A DNA stretch of 64,000 nt, taken from NCBI GenBank assembly GCA_016839555.1, contig JAEOUA010000006.1, positions 256,001-320,000 on the forward strand. The letters are read 5' to 3'. The notes under the pieces are model-generated. The model had not been told where the DNA came from. It made no database searches and saw only the letters and a list, made by a program, of their open reading frames with translations. Positions 31,961 to 42,352 of this stretch are shown here, piece after piece. The position numbers and the translations under genes are program-made. The stretch comes from Promethearchaeota archaeon. Its GTDB lineage: Archaea; Asgardarchaeota; Lokiarchaeia; Sigyniarchaeales; SOKP01. Numbering within the stretch: position 1 is the first letter of the stretch; the number at the start of each line of letters is the position of its first letter.

Positions 31961-32509
31961 TTAAATCTTACCTAAGCTTTTTAAGATACCTCTTGTAATC
32001 TCTTTAAAGATTTTTTCCACGTTTCTCCCGTCTTTTGCGCTAGTTTCATAATAAGAGAGTGAGCCTAATTCTTCTTTAAAAGCCTCTCCTTCTTGTTTGG
32101 ATACTTCTCGCTCCCCATTCTCAGCTAAGTCCAGCTTATTTCCTACTAAAACGCTTGTTTTTTCTCCGATTACTTTTTGAACTTCATTTTGCCAATTGGT
32201 TAGATTTTCAAAGGAGCTTCTTCGAGTTAAATCATGGACATAAATCAAACCAGTGGCACCACGATAAAAAGGAGGACGTACAAATGAGAAGTGTTTTTGA
32301 CCTGCTAAGTCCCACAATTGGAGTTTAATCTCGTAATTAGGATAATCCTTAAGCCTGACAGTTTTAGTTGAGAAGTTAGAACCAATAGTCATTATATAAT
32401 TGTCTTTGAACTTATTTTCACAATAACGCAAAACGAGCGATGTCTTCCCAACTCCACCATCTCCTAGAAGACATACTTTATATATGAAGCTTTTCTTCTC
32501 AGTGCTAAT
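31961..32509 (-). CDS. Rab-like small GTPase (182 aa; proposed ATT start at 32509)
   Basis: G1 GDGGVGKT lies upstream of the ORF-track start; TIGSNF, WDLAGQ, GNKLD, ETSAK; in-frame TAG immediately before the ATT. Confidence 0.9.
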   Translation of the reverse strand: MSTEKKSFIYKVCLLGDGGVGKTSLVLRYCENKFKDNYIMTIGSNFSTKTVRLKDYPNYEIKLQLWDLAGQKHFSFVRPPFYRGATGLIYVHDLTRRSSFENLTNWQNEVQKVIGEKTSVLVGNKLDLAENGEREVSKQEGEAFKEELGSLSYYETSAKDGRNVEKIFKEITRGILKSLGKI

Positions 32510-32515
32510 CTATAT

Positions 32516-32520
32516 TCACC
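32516..32520 (-). promoter_or_regulatory. Shine-Dalgarno GGTGA, 6 nt upstream of ATT
   Basis: Same motif and spacing as at canonical starts in the window (e.g. 21561 TTG). Confidence 0.7.
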
Positions 32521-32865
32521 TTTTTGAATATACTTTACTCTCAGTTAAATTTTGAAACGTATAATTTGTAAAAGTGGGGAATTATGATATTTCTTAAGAA
32601 AATATATTTCTTATACACTATAATAATAATTCCTAAATTAAAATTTTTTTTTTTTACCTTAAAAAGATATTTATAACAAATCAGTTGGATCTTTTCAAAT
32701 CCAATATTAATTCCTTTTTAATAGAATTTTATATTAAATGCATCAGATAGAAAAATAAGTAAAGATAGAATCTTTTTACTTTAAAAAAATAATATTAATA
32801 ATAGCTACTTCATAAAAATTAATTAAACACAGTTTAGTCATTCTATTGAAATAGAGTAAGGAATT

Positions 32866-33633
32866 GTGATTCCTATGATAAATCTTGAGAAAAAAATAGA
32901 ACAATTTGCTCAGGTAATACAAGAGGCAGATAATATTGTAGCGTTAACGGGCGCAGGGATGAGTACTGAGTCTGGAATTCCCGATTTTCGCTCTCCTGGC
33001 ACTGGTTTATGGATCAAGGTGGATCCTGACGAAATCGCCAGTATTCATTCATTTGTTGCAAATCCCGGCAGAAATATAAGCTTTTTATTAGATTTGGGAA
33101 TGAAAATTTTCAGAGCGAAACCTAACAAAGGCCATAAGGCACTTACCAAACTTCAAAAAATGGGGAAACTTAAGGGTGTAATGACACAAAACATAGATGG
33201 CTTACATCAGCGAGCCCATACTGAAAATGTTATTGAATTACATGGGACTGCAAATGAGGCAAAATGTATGCGATGTAATGAAGTTTACCCAATAACGGAA
33301 TTTGTAAATCAATTCTTAGCGGGAGAAACTCAACCTTCGTGTAAAAAATGTAATGGCTTGTTAAAGCCCAATGCGATATTCTTTGGAGAACCATTAGAAA
33401 ATGAGGTCCTTCGTAAAGCAGATGAGTTGGTCGGCAATTGTGATTTATTAATTGTGTTAGGTTCTTCCTTATTGGTGTATCCAGTTGCGTTTTATCCTCA
33501 GCGAGCAATCGCCTGTGGAGCTAAATTAGGGATCATTAATATACAAGAAACTCCAATGGATCTGCAAGCAGATATAGTAATTCAAGAGAAAATTGGGGAA
33601 GTACTCCCAAAAATAGTTGATCTTGTGGAATAG
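32866..33633 (+). CDS. cobB: NAD-dependent protein deacylase, Sir2 family
   Basis: GAGMSTESGIPDFR, QNIDGLH, HG, two CxxC, GSSL. Confidence 0.95.
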   Translation: MIPMINLEKKIEQFAQVIQEADNIVALTGAGMSTESGIPDFRSPGTGLWIKVDPDEIASIHSFVANPGRNISFLLDLGMKIFRAKPNKGHKALTKLQKMGKLKGVMTQNIDGLHQRAHTENVIELHGTANEAKCMRCNEVYPITEFVNQFLAGETQPSCKKCNGLLKPNAIFFGEPLENEVLRKADELVGNCDLLIVLGSSLLVYPVAFYPQRAIACGAKLGIINIQETPMDLQADIVIQEKIGEVLPKIVDLVE

Positions 33634-33723
33634 ATAAATAAAAAAAAGTTGATCAAAAACTTATAAAATATAAATGCATAAAAACATTTATGAATATAAT
33701 AAGTGTAAAAAGTGAGATAGTAT

Positions 33724-34266
33724 ATGCTTAGTGAAAAATTACAATTAGATGATATTGATAAAAAAATTATCTCTTTAGTACAGGATAATCCCGAGTTAAC
33801 ACATACAGAAATCGCCGAGAAAGTGAACCGTTCGCAACCCACAATTGGTATGAGAATTAAGAAGCTAGAACAGAGTGGTATTCTACACTTTCAACCGGGA
33901 ATAAATTTCAAAAACGTGAATATTTATTTGGCAACAGTTGAAATTAAGACCAGAAACCCGGAAGAGATTATGGAAATGGCCCGATATTGTCCTTTTATGC
34001 TTAATGCGTTTAGGTTGAGCGGCGAGCATAATATATGTATTCTTCTTGCTAGTTCCCAGCTTGAAAAACTCGATAATATCATAAATTACCATTTCAGGAA
34101 TAAAGAAGACGTACAGAGTGTATCTATGGAAATCGTTACTGAAATTGCAAAAGATTTTGTACTTCCCATTGATTTTGACTTAGAAAATCATGATCCTACG
34201 CTTGAAGATGGCTGCGGTCCGATGTGCAAGTGGAAAAAGGCACAGAAGAATAAATCCAAAAAATAA
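33724..34266 (+). CDS. Lrp/AsnC family transcriptional regulator
   Basis: DDIDKKII, HTEIAEKVNRSQPTIGMRIKKLE, RAM domain SGEHN. Confidence 0.92.
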   Translation: MLSEKLQLDDIDKKIISLVQDNPELTHTEIAEKVNRSQPTIGMRIKKLEQSGILHFQPGINFKNVNIYLATVEIKTRNPEEIMEMARYCPFMLNAFRLSGEHNICILLASSQLEKLDNIINYHFRNKEDVQSVSMEIVTEIAKDFVLPIDFDLENHDPTLEDGCGPMCKWKKAQKNKSKK

Positions 34267-34486
34267 TTATCTTTTCAAAATTTAGTTTGAAAAGCACTGC
34301 TTTTCTTTATTTAAATTATTAATAAATTTGAAAATAAGAGATAATTCAATTTTTAAATTCTAGCATAAGCTCATATATTGAATATCTTTTTTTAAGAAAA
34401 AGAAATATAAGAAGAGTATAAAATAAAAAAAAGTGAAAGACATTTTATTTCAAGAAATCTTGAATATAATCTTAATTAATTTCAAA

Positions 34487-36190
34487 TTAATTATAGATAA
34501 ATCTCTTTCTTTTATTTAGATATAAAATCGCAATAATTGTGCTCACTGCTATTGGTAAGATGATCAGTGGAGGATATACTGGAATTTGCTCTCCTTCAGG
34601 TGAAGGTAAAAATAATAATGCTAATGGCATCTGTAGAGTTAGTGCAGACTCTCCAAAAATCAAGTAAGATTGACCAGCATCTACACCTGCAATATTATCA
34701 TCTCTATATGCTCCAATTAGTAAATCATCATAACCATCCCCATTCACATCACCCGCTCCTGCTAATGTCTGTCCCGAATAGTCATATGAAGTCTCACCTA
34801 TAAAAGAAGCACCAGCATTTTCTAAGTTCACATCCATTAACCATCCCGTCTTTTGTCCAAAAATCAAATAGGTTTTCCCTATATCAACATCTGAACTGTG
34901 ATTATATCTATATGCTCCTATGAGAAAATCTCCATACCCATCACCATCCACATCGCCAGCTCCTGCGACGGCATTTCCTGAATAATCTCCTTCATCCTCT
35001 CCTATGAAAGAGGCATTTGCTTGCGAACAGTTCATCCCCGATGACCAACTATTTGTATCGTTACCAAAGAAAAGATATGTCTTTCCTTCCTTATCAATAC
35101 TTGCCTCATATTGAGGAGCGCCTATGATAAAATCATCATAGTTATCCCCATTCACATCTCCCACACCTGCCACAGCATACCCAGACCTTATACTAAAAAT
35201 TTCACCTTCAAAAGAAGCATTTGCTTCCGAACAACTCATTCCAGTTGACCATATTGTTTCATTAGTGCCAAAAAAAAGATATGTTTTACCTGCTGCGCTA
35301 CCCCCATCATCATTTTCAGGAGCTCCGATGAGAAAATCATCATATCCATCTCTGTTTATATCACCAGCTCCTGCTATTGAATGTCCCGAGACATCGCCTG
35401 CTGCTTCACCTATAAAAGAAGCGTTTGCTTCCGAACAACTTATCCCCGATGACCAACTATTTGTATCGTTACCAAAGAAAAGATATGTTTTTCCCGCATT
35501 ATTAGTACTAGCATTATAAGCGCCTATAAGGAAATCATCATATCCATCCCCATTCACATCCCCTGCTCCCGCCACGGATGATCCCGCATGATCACCATTT
35601 GCTTCTCCTAAGAACGATGCATTTGCATTTGCTAGATTAATATCTTTTCCCCAGCCATAATCTCGCCCGAATATTAAATATACTTTTCCTGGTTTGTTGA
35701 AGTCATCTCCTCCAGAAGCTCCTATAAGAAAGTCATCATATCCATCTTTATTTACATCACCCGCTCCTGCCACCGCACATCCAGCATAATCATCTTCACT
35801 CTCTCCTATAAAGGATGCATTTGCTTTGGAACAGCTCATTCCTGTTGACCAACTATTTGTATTATTTCCGAAAAATAGATAGACTTTTCCTTCATTTCCA
35901 CTACTTACATTATATTGAGAAGCTCCTATAAGAAAATCATCGATGTTGTCTCCATTCACATCTCCAATACCTGCTAAAGAAACGCCAGCTAAGTCATACT
36001 CATTTTCACCAATGAAAGAAGCATCGGCATTTGCCAGATACGTATTTATTTGCAATGCTGAGATATTTATTTCTTTTCTCGTATTTATAAATAATTCAGG
36101 ATTAGTCTGGTTTTCGATAAAGCTTCCTATACTAACAAGACCTGCTAATATGAGTATTAAAATTAATCCTGTTAAGTTTTTCATTTTCAT
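34487..36190 (-). CDS. Surface protein with seven FG-GAP (integrin-alpha-like) repeats and Loki-CTERM-like anchor
   Basis: 7 x GD(V/I)N/DxDxxxD(F/L)(L/I)IGA repeats; N-terminal hydrophobic segment; C-terminal IPVY-TM-KRKR. Confidence 0.9.
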   Translation of the reverse strand: MKMKNLTGLILILILAGLVSIGSFIENQTNPELFINTRKEINISALQINTYLANADASFIGENEYDLAGVSLAGIGDVNGDNIDDFLIGASQYNVSSGNEGKVYLFFGNNTNSWSTGMSCSKANASFIGESEDDYAGCAVAGAGDVNKDGYDDFLIGASGGDDFNKPGKVYLIFGRDYGWGKDINLANANASFLGEANGDHAGSSVAGAGDVNGDGYDDFLIGAYNASTNNAGKTYLFFGNDTNSWSSGISCSEANASFIGEAAGDVSGHSIAGAGDINRDGYDDFLIGAPENDDGGSAAGKTYLFFGTNETIWSTGMSCSEANASFEGEIFSIRSGYAVAGVGDVNGDNYDDFIIGAPQYEASIDKEGKTYLFFGNDTNSWSSGMNCSQANASFIGEDEGDYSGNAVAGAGDVDGDGYGDFLIGAYRYNHSSDVDIGKTYLIFGQKTGWLMDVNLENAGASFIGETSYDYSGQTLAGAGDVNGDGYDDLLIGAYRDDNIAGVDAGQSYLIFGESALTLQMPLALLFLPSPEGEQIPVYPPLIILPIAVSTIIAILYLNKRKRFIYN

Positions 36191-36453
36191 TATTTAAATA
36201 ATTGTTTTAATTTTATATTTTAAAATTATAAAGAATTATTATAAAATCAAATAAAAGTTTGACTCTTTTATGAAATTCTATTCAAAAAGCTTTTATTAAT
36301 AGTTTAGATTAATTCTCATTTTTAATGAAATTTTTGAATTTAGAAAAGTTTAAAGAAAAAATTAAACTGGGTAAATAATTACAATCTTTCTAAAAATATA
36401 TAAAAATTATTTATATCACAGAATTTTGTTAAGAAAAACAAATATAAAAATAT

Positions 36454-37059
36454 TTAACTTTCTGGTCCTGGCTCTGATTCGGATTCTGGTTCTTCTTCTG
36501 TATCTATTTCGTCGAATTTAAACTTAGGCATATCGGTTTTCAAGTGGCAATTAGGTCCACAATATCTTCCATCAAAATTCTCAATTTGGAAGTCTACTGG
36601 CATAATAAAATCGTGAATACTCTCGATAAGAATATTTGTTTTTACAGAAAGCACATTCGGATCTCGTCGAAAGCATAAATCTACTAATTTTTCAATAGTT
36701 TGAAGATCGGTTGCTGCGATAAAACAGAGAAGATTATAATCGCCAGAGATTTTAAATGCATGGTTAATAAAGGGACAATCTTTTATTTTTTCGACAATAT
36801 CTTCTACGTCCTTAGTGGATGCATATACTATTGCGGTTTTTATGTCCACTTTTTTAATATTAAATCCAACTTGCTTTTTTAAAAGATGTTTTCTCTCTAA
36901 TTTAATGATTCGAGCGCCTACCGCGGGCTGGCTCTTATCTATTTCTTCAGCAATTTTGCTGTGGGTAATATCGGGATTTTCTTCAATTAATTCGATGATT
37001 TTTTTATCATCTTCATCGATACCTAACAATTGATTGAAAGTTTTTTTTTTCATATCCAT
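36454..37059 (-). CDS. Lrp/AsnC family transcriptional regulator
   Basis: HSKIAEEIDKSQPAVGARIIKLE, ISGDYN. Confidence 0.92.
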   Translation of the reverse strand: MDMKKKTFNQLLGIDEDDKKIIELIEENPDITHSKIAEEIDKSQPAVGARIIKLERKHLLKKQVGFNIKKVDIKTAIVYASTKDVEDIVEKIKDCPFINHAFKISGDYNLLCFIAATDLQTIEKLVDLCFRRDPNVLSVKTNILIESIHDFIMPVDFQIENFDGRYCGPNCHLKTDMPKFKFDEIDTEEEPESESEPGPES

Positions 37060-37440
37060 TTTACAACAAGTTCTTATAGTTTAATAAAATTACCTATAAT
37101 TTTTAAAAAATTTTGAAATAAAGTTATATTAAAATATTAGCGGTCTTCACATGATTGATTTTAATTTATAAATACTAAATATATAACATATAAAAAAAAA
37201 ACCTAAAAAAGTTTTAGAAATTAATTTGAACCTTTAAAAATAATTGGTAAGGAAAAAAAAATCTCCCTTTTTAATTTTTAACGCTAATTTAGAAGTGTAG
37301 CTAATTGCTTATTAATTGCTGTATTCTTAATTTTTTATGGGAAATAAAGGAAAATAGTAAGAAACAAAATCATAAAATATGAAATCAACTAGTTTTTACC
37401 AGAATAAAACATTAAAAAATAATGGACGTAATATTTTTGA

Positions 37441-37998
37441 TTAACTTTCTTCTTTAACAATTGATTTCATATCAACTAATTTTTCTCCAAATTGTTTAAA
37501 AGAATCCAAATCGATATTGTCATTAAAATAAATAGGAATCACAAAATCATGAATACTTTCCATTAGAATTTCGGTTTCGACTGCGGTTACGTTTGGGTCT
37601 TCTCTAAAATACACATCAACCACGCGTTCTATAGTTTTTAAATCGCTTGCTGAGATAATACAAAGAACGTTGAATTTCCCGGATATTTTAAATGCATAAT
37701 TTATTAATTTCGTACTTTTGATTCTTTCAACAATTCCCTCTACATTTTTCGTTGAGATAAATACAAACGCGGTTTTAACATCCACTTTTTTAACATTAAA
37801 TCCAACTTGCTTTGTAAGAAGATTTTTTCTTTCCAATTTGATGATACGAGCACCCACTGCCGGCTGAGATTTGTCGATAAGTTCCGCGATTTCCCGATGT
37901 GTTATATCTGGATTTTGTTCTATCATTTCAATGATTCTTTTATCATCATCATCAATTTCTAATAATTCATTAAAATTTTTTTCCATAGACATCCCCAC
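37441..37998 (-). CDS. Lrp/AsnC family transcriptional regulator (tandem paralog)
   Basis: HTH nearly identical to 36454..37059 (DKSQPAVGARIIKLERK). Confidence 0.92.
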   Translation of the reverse strand: MGMSMEKNFNELLEIDDDDKRIIEMIEQNPDITHREIAELIDKSQPAVGARIIKLERKNLLTKQVGFNVKKVDVKTAFVFISTKNVEGIVERIKSTKLINYAFKISGKFNVLCIISASDLKTIERVVDVYFREDPNVTAVETEILMESIHDFVIPIYFNDNIDLDSFKQFGEKLVDMKSIVKEES

Positions 37999-38128
37999 TT
38001 AGTTAAAAATCGGTAATCTCTAATATAGTTATTTTTAATAATTAAAAATGAATTTAAACAGAATAGAATTAAAAAATAATATATTTTCCCTTAATTCTTT
38101 TATTTCATAAATTCGTCTATGTCAAATT

Positions 38129-39091
38129 TTAAAGGAGGCTCACAAAAATATTGACGATTATTATAATTATGGTAAAAGCAATGACGCTTAATAAAAAATA
38201 AAGAGGTTTTCCTTTCTCTTTTTCTGGTAGGACTTCTCTTACAATAGTATAAAGAATAACACCTGATATAAATGAGAACAAGATATATAGAATTTCTAAA
38301 TTTATTTGATAAAAAAAATCAAGAAACAAATCAAATCCCATTCCAATTAATACTGCTAAAGCTAATATCAATTTTTTGCTTTTGGTCTCTTCATAATCAA
38401 CTTCAATATCTATATCAGTAAAGATCTTATATCTATTCAATAATCGCTTTGAAATAATTAATCTAAAAAACGCAAAAACATAAAATAAGATTGCAGGGAT
38501 TAAATCAATCAGTATTAGGTTATATAGGATAATTCCAATAAGAAAATGGTAAAAAAAGTCCGTAAAGAAGCGCAAATCTTTAAATTCTTCGTTTAGATGA
38601 TCATGTATTCTTTTTTTTGAATTTGTTATTTCCTCTCTTATTGTTTTTCCTTGAGTATGTAATTCCTTTACCACTCTCGATATATCTCTTAATGCCTCTT
38701 CATCCATTTGTTCGTGAGAGAGTTCATCACTAAAAATATCTTCCATATGATCCTCAACTTCTTCTAAATTCATTTCCATTTCCATTAACTTTCTCACTTT
38801 TTGTTGTGCCTTAGATTCTACTCGCTGAAGAATTAGTTTTTCAGATACATGAATAAAGACAAATCCCACTAATACAAAAAAATATTCAAAAAGCGTAAGA
38901 TGGAGCGGATATTCTGGAAGTCTTACTGAGATCTCGGGAAGAACTATCAAAAAAAAATAGGTCACCGATATCCCAGCAATAATAGAGACAGGAATTCGTG
39001 GTAATTTTTGCCCATAATAATCTATAATAAAAAAGGTAAAACCCAGTAAAAATGCAATAATCATTAAAAAGAACTGTTGGACTGCTAACAT
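38129..39091 (-). CDS. Polytopic membrane protein, ZIP-transporter-like, with a soluble coiled-coil insert
   Basis: AGISVTYFFLIVLPE, YHFLIG, SFISGVILYTIVREVLP. Confidence 0.6.
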   Translation of the reverse strand: MLAVQQFFLMIIAFLLGFTFFIIDYYGQKLPRIPVSIIAGISVTYFFLIVLPEISVRLPEYPLHLTLFEYFFVLVGFVFIHVSEKLILQRVESKAQQKVRKLMEMEMNLEEVEDHMEDIFSDELSHEQMDEEALRDISRVVKELHTQGKTIREEITNSKKRIHDHLNEEFKDLRFFTDFFYHFLIGIILYNLILIDLIPAILFYVFAFFRLIISKRLLNRYKIFTDIDIEVDYEETKSKKLILALAVLIGMGFDLFLDFFYQINLEILYILFSFISGVILYTIVREVLPEKEKGKPLYFLLSVIAFTIIIIIVNIFVSLL

Positions 39092-39278
39092 AATCTATTT
39101 TTTGAAGTGTTTTTTGATTTTAATAGGGTTTTATTCAAAAAATTAATAGGTTTTAAGCTATTAAAAATTTATGAAGTATTTAACATAATCAACTGATAAT
39201 TTAATATTTAATTTTTATCCTTCATTATACTCATTAATAAGATATTGAAATTCTATCTTTTAATTAAGGAAAAAGTCT

Positions 39279-40187
39279 ATGACTCAATTTCTAATAATTA
39301 CATCAACTAAGGATGCTGCTTCGTTAAATATGAGAAATAAGTTTTTAGATTCTCCCCAATACAAATTTGAACATATTTCTGACAAATGGGATAATAATAT
39401 TCTCTATAAATTGACATCATTCACAGATTCAGATGAGGAAAAAGAACAATTTCTACATGATAATGAAATTTTTTTAGGATTAACAAACCAAAGATTAATT
39501 TTTTTAAATAAAGGTAGTTTTAATGAAACAGTAATTGATCCTGATATGATGATTTTTGCGTCTCGTCATGCTTCTAAGACGGGGCGTCCTTCATTTCTGG
39601 TTCATACCACAGGGAATTGGAGCGAAGATATTAGATACGGTGGAAATAAAAAAGAATTATCTGTTGGAAGCGCCTTGATGCTTAAGGCGGGATATCAATC
39701 TTTTTTAAAATATGCGGAAATGGAAGCAGTAAGTGATTTTTCAATAGATATGGAAGTTTCTCATCACGGTCCGACTAATTTAGAAAAACCCTTAATATTT
39801 ATGGAATTAGGAAGTACTCTTAGCGAATGGCAGCATAACAGAGCAGGGATTATTGCTGCTAATGCTATTATTGAGACTACCCTTAGATATAAGCATTTGC
39901 AAAAAGAAGGATCCCAAAAAGTTGGTGTTGGATTTGGAGGGACTCATTATGCCCCTCAGTTTCAGAAGCTTATAAAAAAAGCAGATATCGCAATCTCTTA
40001 TATATGTCCTAAGTATTATATTAGTGAGTTAAATAAGGATTTAATTACCCAGATGCTAAATAAGAATTTGGAAAAAGTGGATTACTTCATTTTAGACTGG
40101 TCTGGTATTAATTCAAGTGATAAAAAGCATTTATTTCCCCTTTTAAAAGAATATGACCTTCCAATTAAAAAAATTAAGGAATTTTAA
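39279..40187 (+). CDS. dtdA: D-aminoacyl-tRNA deacylase (DTD2)
   Basis: SRHAS, VHTTGN, EVSHHGPT, ELGS, GFGGTHY. Confidence 0.93.
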   Translation: MTQFLIITSTKDAASLNMRNKFLDSPQYKFEHISDKWDNNILYKLTSFTDSDEEKEQFLHDNEIFLGLTNQRLIFLNKGSFNETVIDPDMMIFASRHASKTGRPSFLVHTTGNWSEDIRYGGNKKELSVGSALMLKAGYQSFLKYAEMEAVSDFSIDMEVSHHGPTNLEKPLIFMELGSTLSEWQHNRAGIIAANAIIETTLRYKHLQKEGSQKVGVGFGGTHYAPQFQKLIKKADIAISYICPKYYISELNKDLITQMLNKNLEKVDYFILDWSGINSSDKKHLFPLLKEYDLPIKKIKEF

Positions 40188-40206
40188 GAGCTACTAAGAG
40201 AAAGAA

Positions 40207-41094
40207 TTATTTATTACCTTGTGCCACCATTTCAAAATATTTTATTAAATTGGTAAACACGTAATTTGCAGAAGTAAATCCTTGAGTAGATGAATGAGAG
40301 AGTATTTTGCTAAGAAATTCGTGATGGGGAATAATTTGAGATGGAGTTATGTTTAATTCTCTAATATTATAAAAACTTTGCCATAAACTTATAGGCCAGG
40401 TGATTAATTCGGCAAGAGTTTCATTAAATAATTTTTCTCCTTCTGGACTTAATTCTAATGTGGATTCTAATTTATATGAGAATGTCTCATTTTCCTTAAT
40501 TATTGAAATTAGACCATCTTTTTGAATCTCTTCCATGATTGAATGGATTTTTTCTAAAGATAAGGGTGTTTTTTTAAAGATTTTATTCATATTTTTCAAA
40601 ATATCCTCATCCGTTTTTACATTAAATTTTAGTAAGGTATAATTGCGAGCAATAATATTATATTTAAGGGGGATTGTTTCATGATCCATCCTATTATATT
40701 GAATCAGATTCCCTAATATCTCTTTTGCTACAATATATTTAATTCTTAATTGATCTTCTTGGGAATAGCTCTTCTTAAAAATTTTAGAGTTAAAATATTC
40801 ATCGTAAAACGTTTCAAGTAGAGATTTAACAGCATAAAACCCATCAATAAATGCGTTAAAAACTGTTTTCAGAATTTTCAATCGATATTCATTATCTTTC
40901 ATAAACTTCTCTTTTTCAAAGGGAATTTCTCGGATTAGATGGGGTTTAGAATCAATTTGGCTAAAATTCTCCTCCCATTTTTGTCGAAAACGATATCTCT
41001 GGGTCTTTGCGATATGAGAAAGCCTTCCGATTAAATTAATTAAAAGGTCCAAGAATTGTTTTTCTGTAATTTCACTCATGCTACCAACCATCAC
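40207..41094 (-). CDS. Hypothetical protein
   Basis: 295-aa ORF; no motif recognised. Confidence 0.7.
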   Translation of the reverse strand: MMVGSMSEITEKQFLDLLINLIGRLSHIAKTQRYRFRQKWEENFSQIDSKPHLIREIPFEKEKFMKDNEYRLKILKTVFNAFIDGFYAVKSLLETFYDEYFNSKIFKKSYSQEDQLRIKYIVAKEILGNLIQYNRMDHETIPLKYNIIARNYTLLKFNVKTDEDILKNMNKIFKKTPLSLEKIHSIMEEIQKDGLISIIKENETFSYKLESTLELSPEGEKLFNETLAELITWPISLWQSFYNIRELNITPSQIIPHHEFLSKILSHSSTQGFTSANYVFTNLIKYFEMVAQGNK

Positions 41095-41161
41095 TATTAA
41101 ATTAAAAAAGTATTATATTTGATAATTAATAATAAGTATGTCATATATTTTAGTAATTCTA

Positions 41162-42352
41162 TTAAAGAAAAAGATTATGCATAACTTCTAAGACTTTACT
41201 TACTTGGGAATCATTAATTATCAAGGGAGGAAGTATTCTAATTATTGTTAGTCCGGCATTTAATAGGAAAACCTTCATTTCTTGTGCCTTTCTTATAAGA
41301 TCTTTAACTTTAATACGATATTCCACACCAATCATTAATCCTTTCCCTCTGACCTCACGAATTAATCTTTCTTCTTCGGCGAGTTGGTGTAAATTAGAGA
41401 GTATTTTCTTACCTTGCCTTGCGGCATTTTCTACAAGTTTTTCTTCTTTTATTATATCTAATACTGCGTTAGCGGCAGCACAGCCAAGCGGATTACCTCC
41501 GTATGTGGTATTATGTTCGCCAACCAACATTCTCTCAAATAATTCTTCCGATGATATCATTGCACCCATTGGAAACCCTCCTGCTATAGCTTTTGCTAAA
41601 CACATCGCATCAGGAATGATGCCATAATGTTCAAATCCAAACATTTTCCCGGTTCTCCCAAACCCTGTTTGAACTTCATCCACAACCAAAAGGATATCAT
41701 TTTCAGTACATAATTCTCTTAATTCTTTAACAAAGTCATATGGAGCAGGATAAACTCCTGCTTCTCCTTGAACTAATTCTATGAAAATGGCAATAGTATT
41801 TTTGTTAAGTAATTCTTTTACAGATTGTATATCCCCAAAAGATGCAAATTTAACGTTTTGAGTGAGCCAAGGAAGGAATGGTTTCCTATATTTCATATTA
41901 TGGGTCATAGCTAATGATCCTAGCGTACGACCGTGAAATGCACGTTTAAAAGCGATTATTTCTGGTTTTTTTTTATCCCTATTCGCGGCTAATGCTAATT
42001 TTATAGCGGCTTCAACGGCCTCTGTACCGCTATTTGAAAGGAAAGTCTGATTTAATGAGGGAGGTGTGATTTCTGCTAACCTTTTTAGAAGTTTATATCT
42101 CACATCAACTGGATAACTGGGCGAGATCATAACTAATTTTTCAAGCTGCTGTTTTACTGCTTCAATATACTTCGGGTGGCTGTGACCTATGTTGACAACC
42201 GCATGACCCGCCTCACAGTCAATGTATTCATTACCATTCTCATCATAGAGAAGTGCACCCTTTCCTCTTACTATCCTAACGTCTTTTTTTTGAAATAATT
42301 TTGAATGAAAATATTGTTCTGCAGAGATTAAATCAGGAAATTTTTTAGACAT
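41162..42352 (-). CDS. Class III PLP aminotransferase (ArgD/LysJ-like)
   Basis: NSGTEAVE, FHGRT, DEVQTGFGRTG, AKAIAGG, TYGGNP. Confidence 0.92.
   Translation of the reverse strand: MSKKFPDLISAEQYFHSKLFQKKDVRIVRGKGALLYDENGNEYIDCEAGHAVVNIGHSHPKYIEAVKQQLEKLVMISPSYPVDVRYKLLKRLAEITPPSLNQTFLSNSGTEAVEAAIKLALAANRDKKKPEIIAFKRAFHGRTLGSLAMTHNMKYRKPFLPWLTQNVKFASFGDIQSVKELLNKNTIAIFIELVQGEAGVYPAPYDFVKELRELCTENDILLVVDEVQTGFGRTGKMFGFEHYGIIPDAMCLAKAIAGGFPMGAMISSEELFERMLVGEHNTTYGGNPLGCAAANAVLDIIKEEKLVENAARQGKKILSNLHQLAEEERLIREVRGKGLMIGVEYRIKVKDLIRKAQEMKVFLLNAGLTIIRILPPLIINDSQVSKVLEVMHNLFL

Noticed and set aside
34560-36050. Recurring DNA repeats that could suggest a CRISPR array
   Set aside because: They are coding FG-GAP repeats, degenerate at codon level; no cas genes or spacer structure
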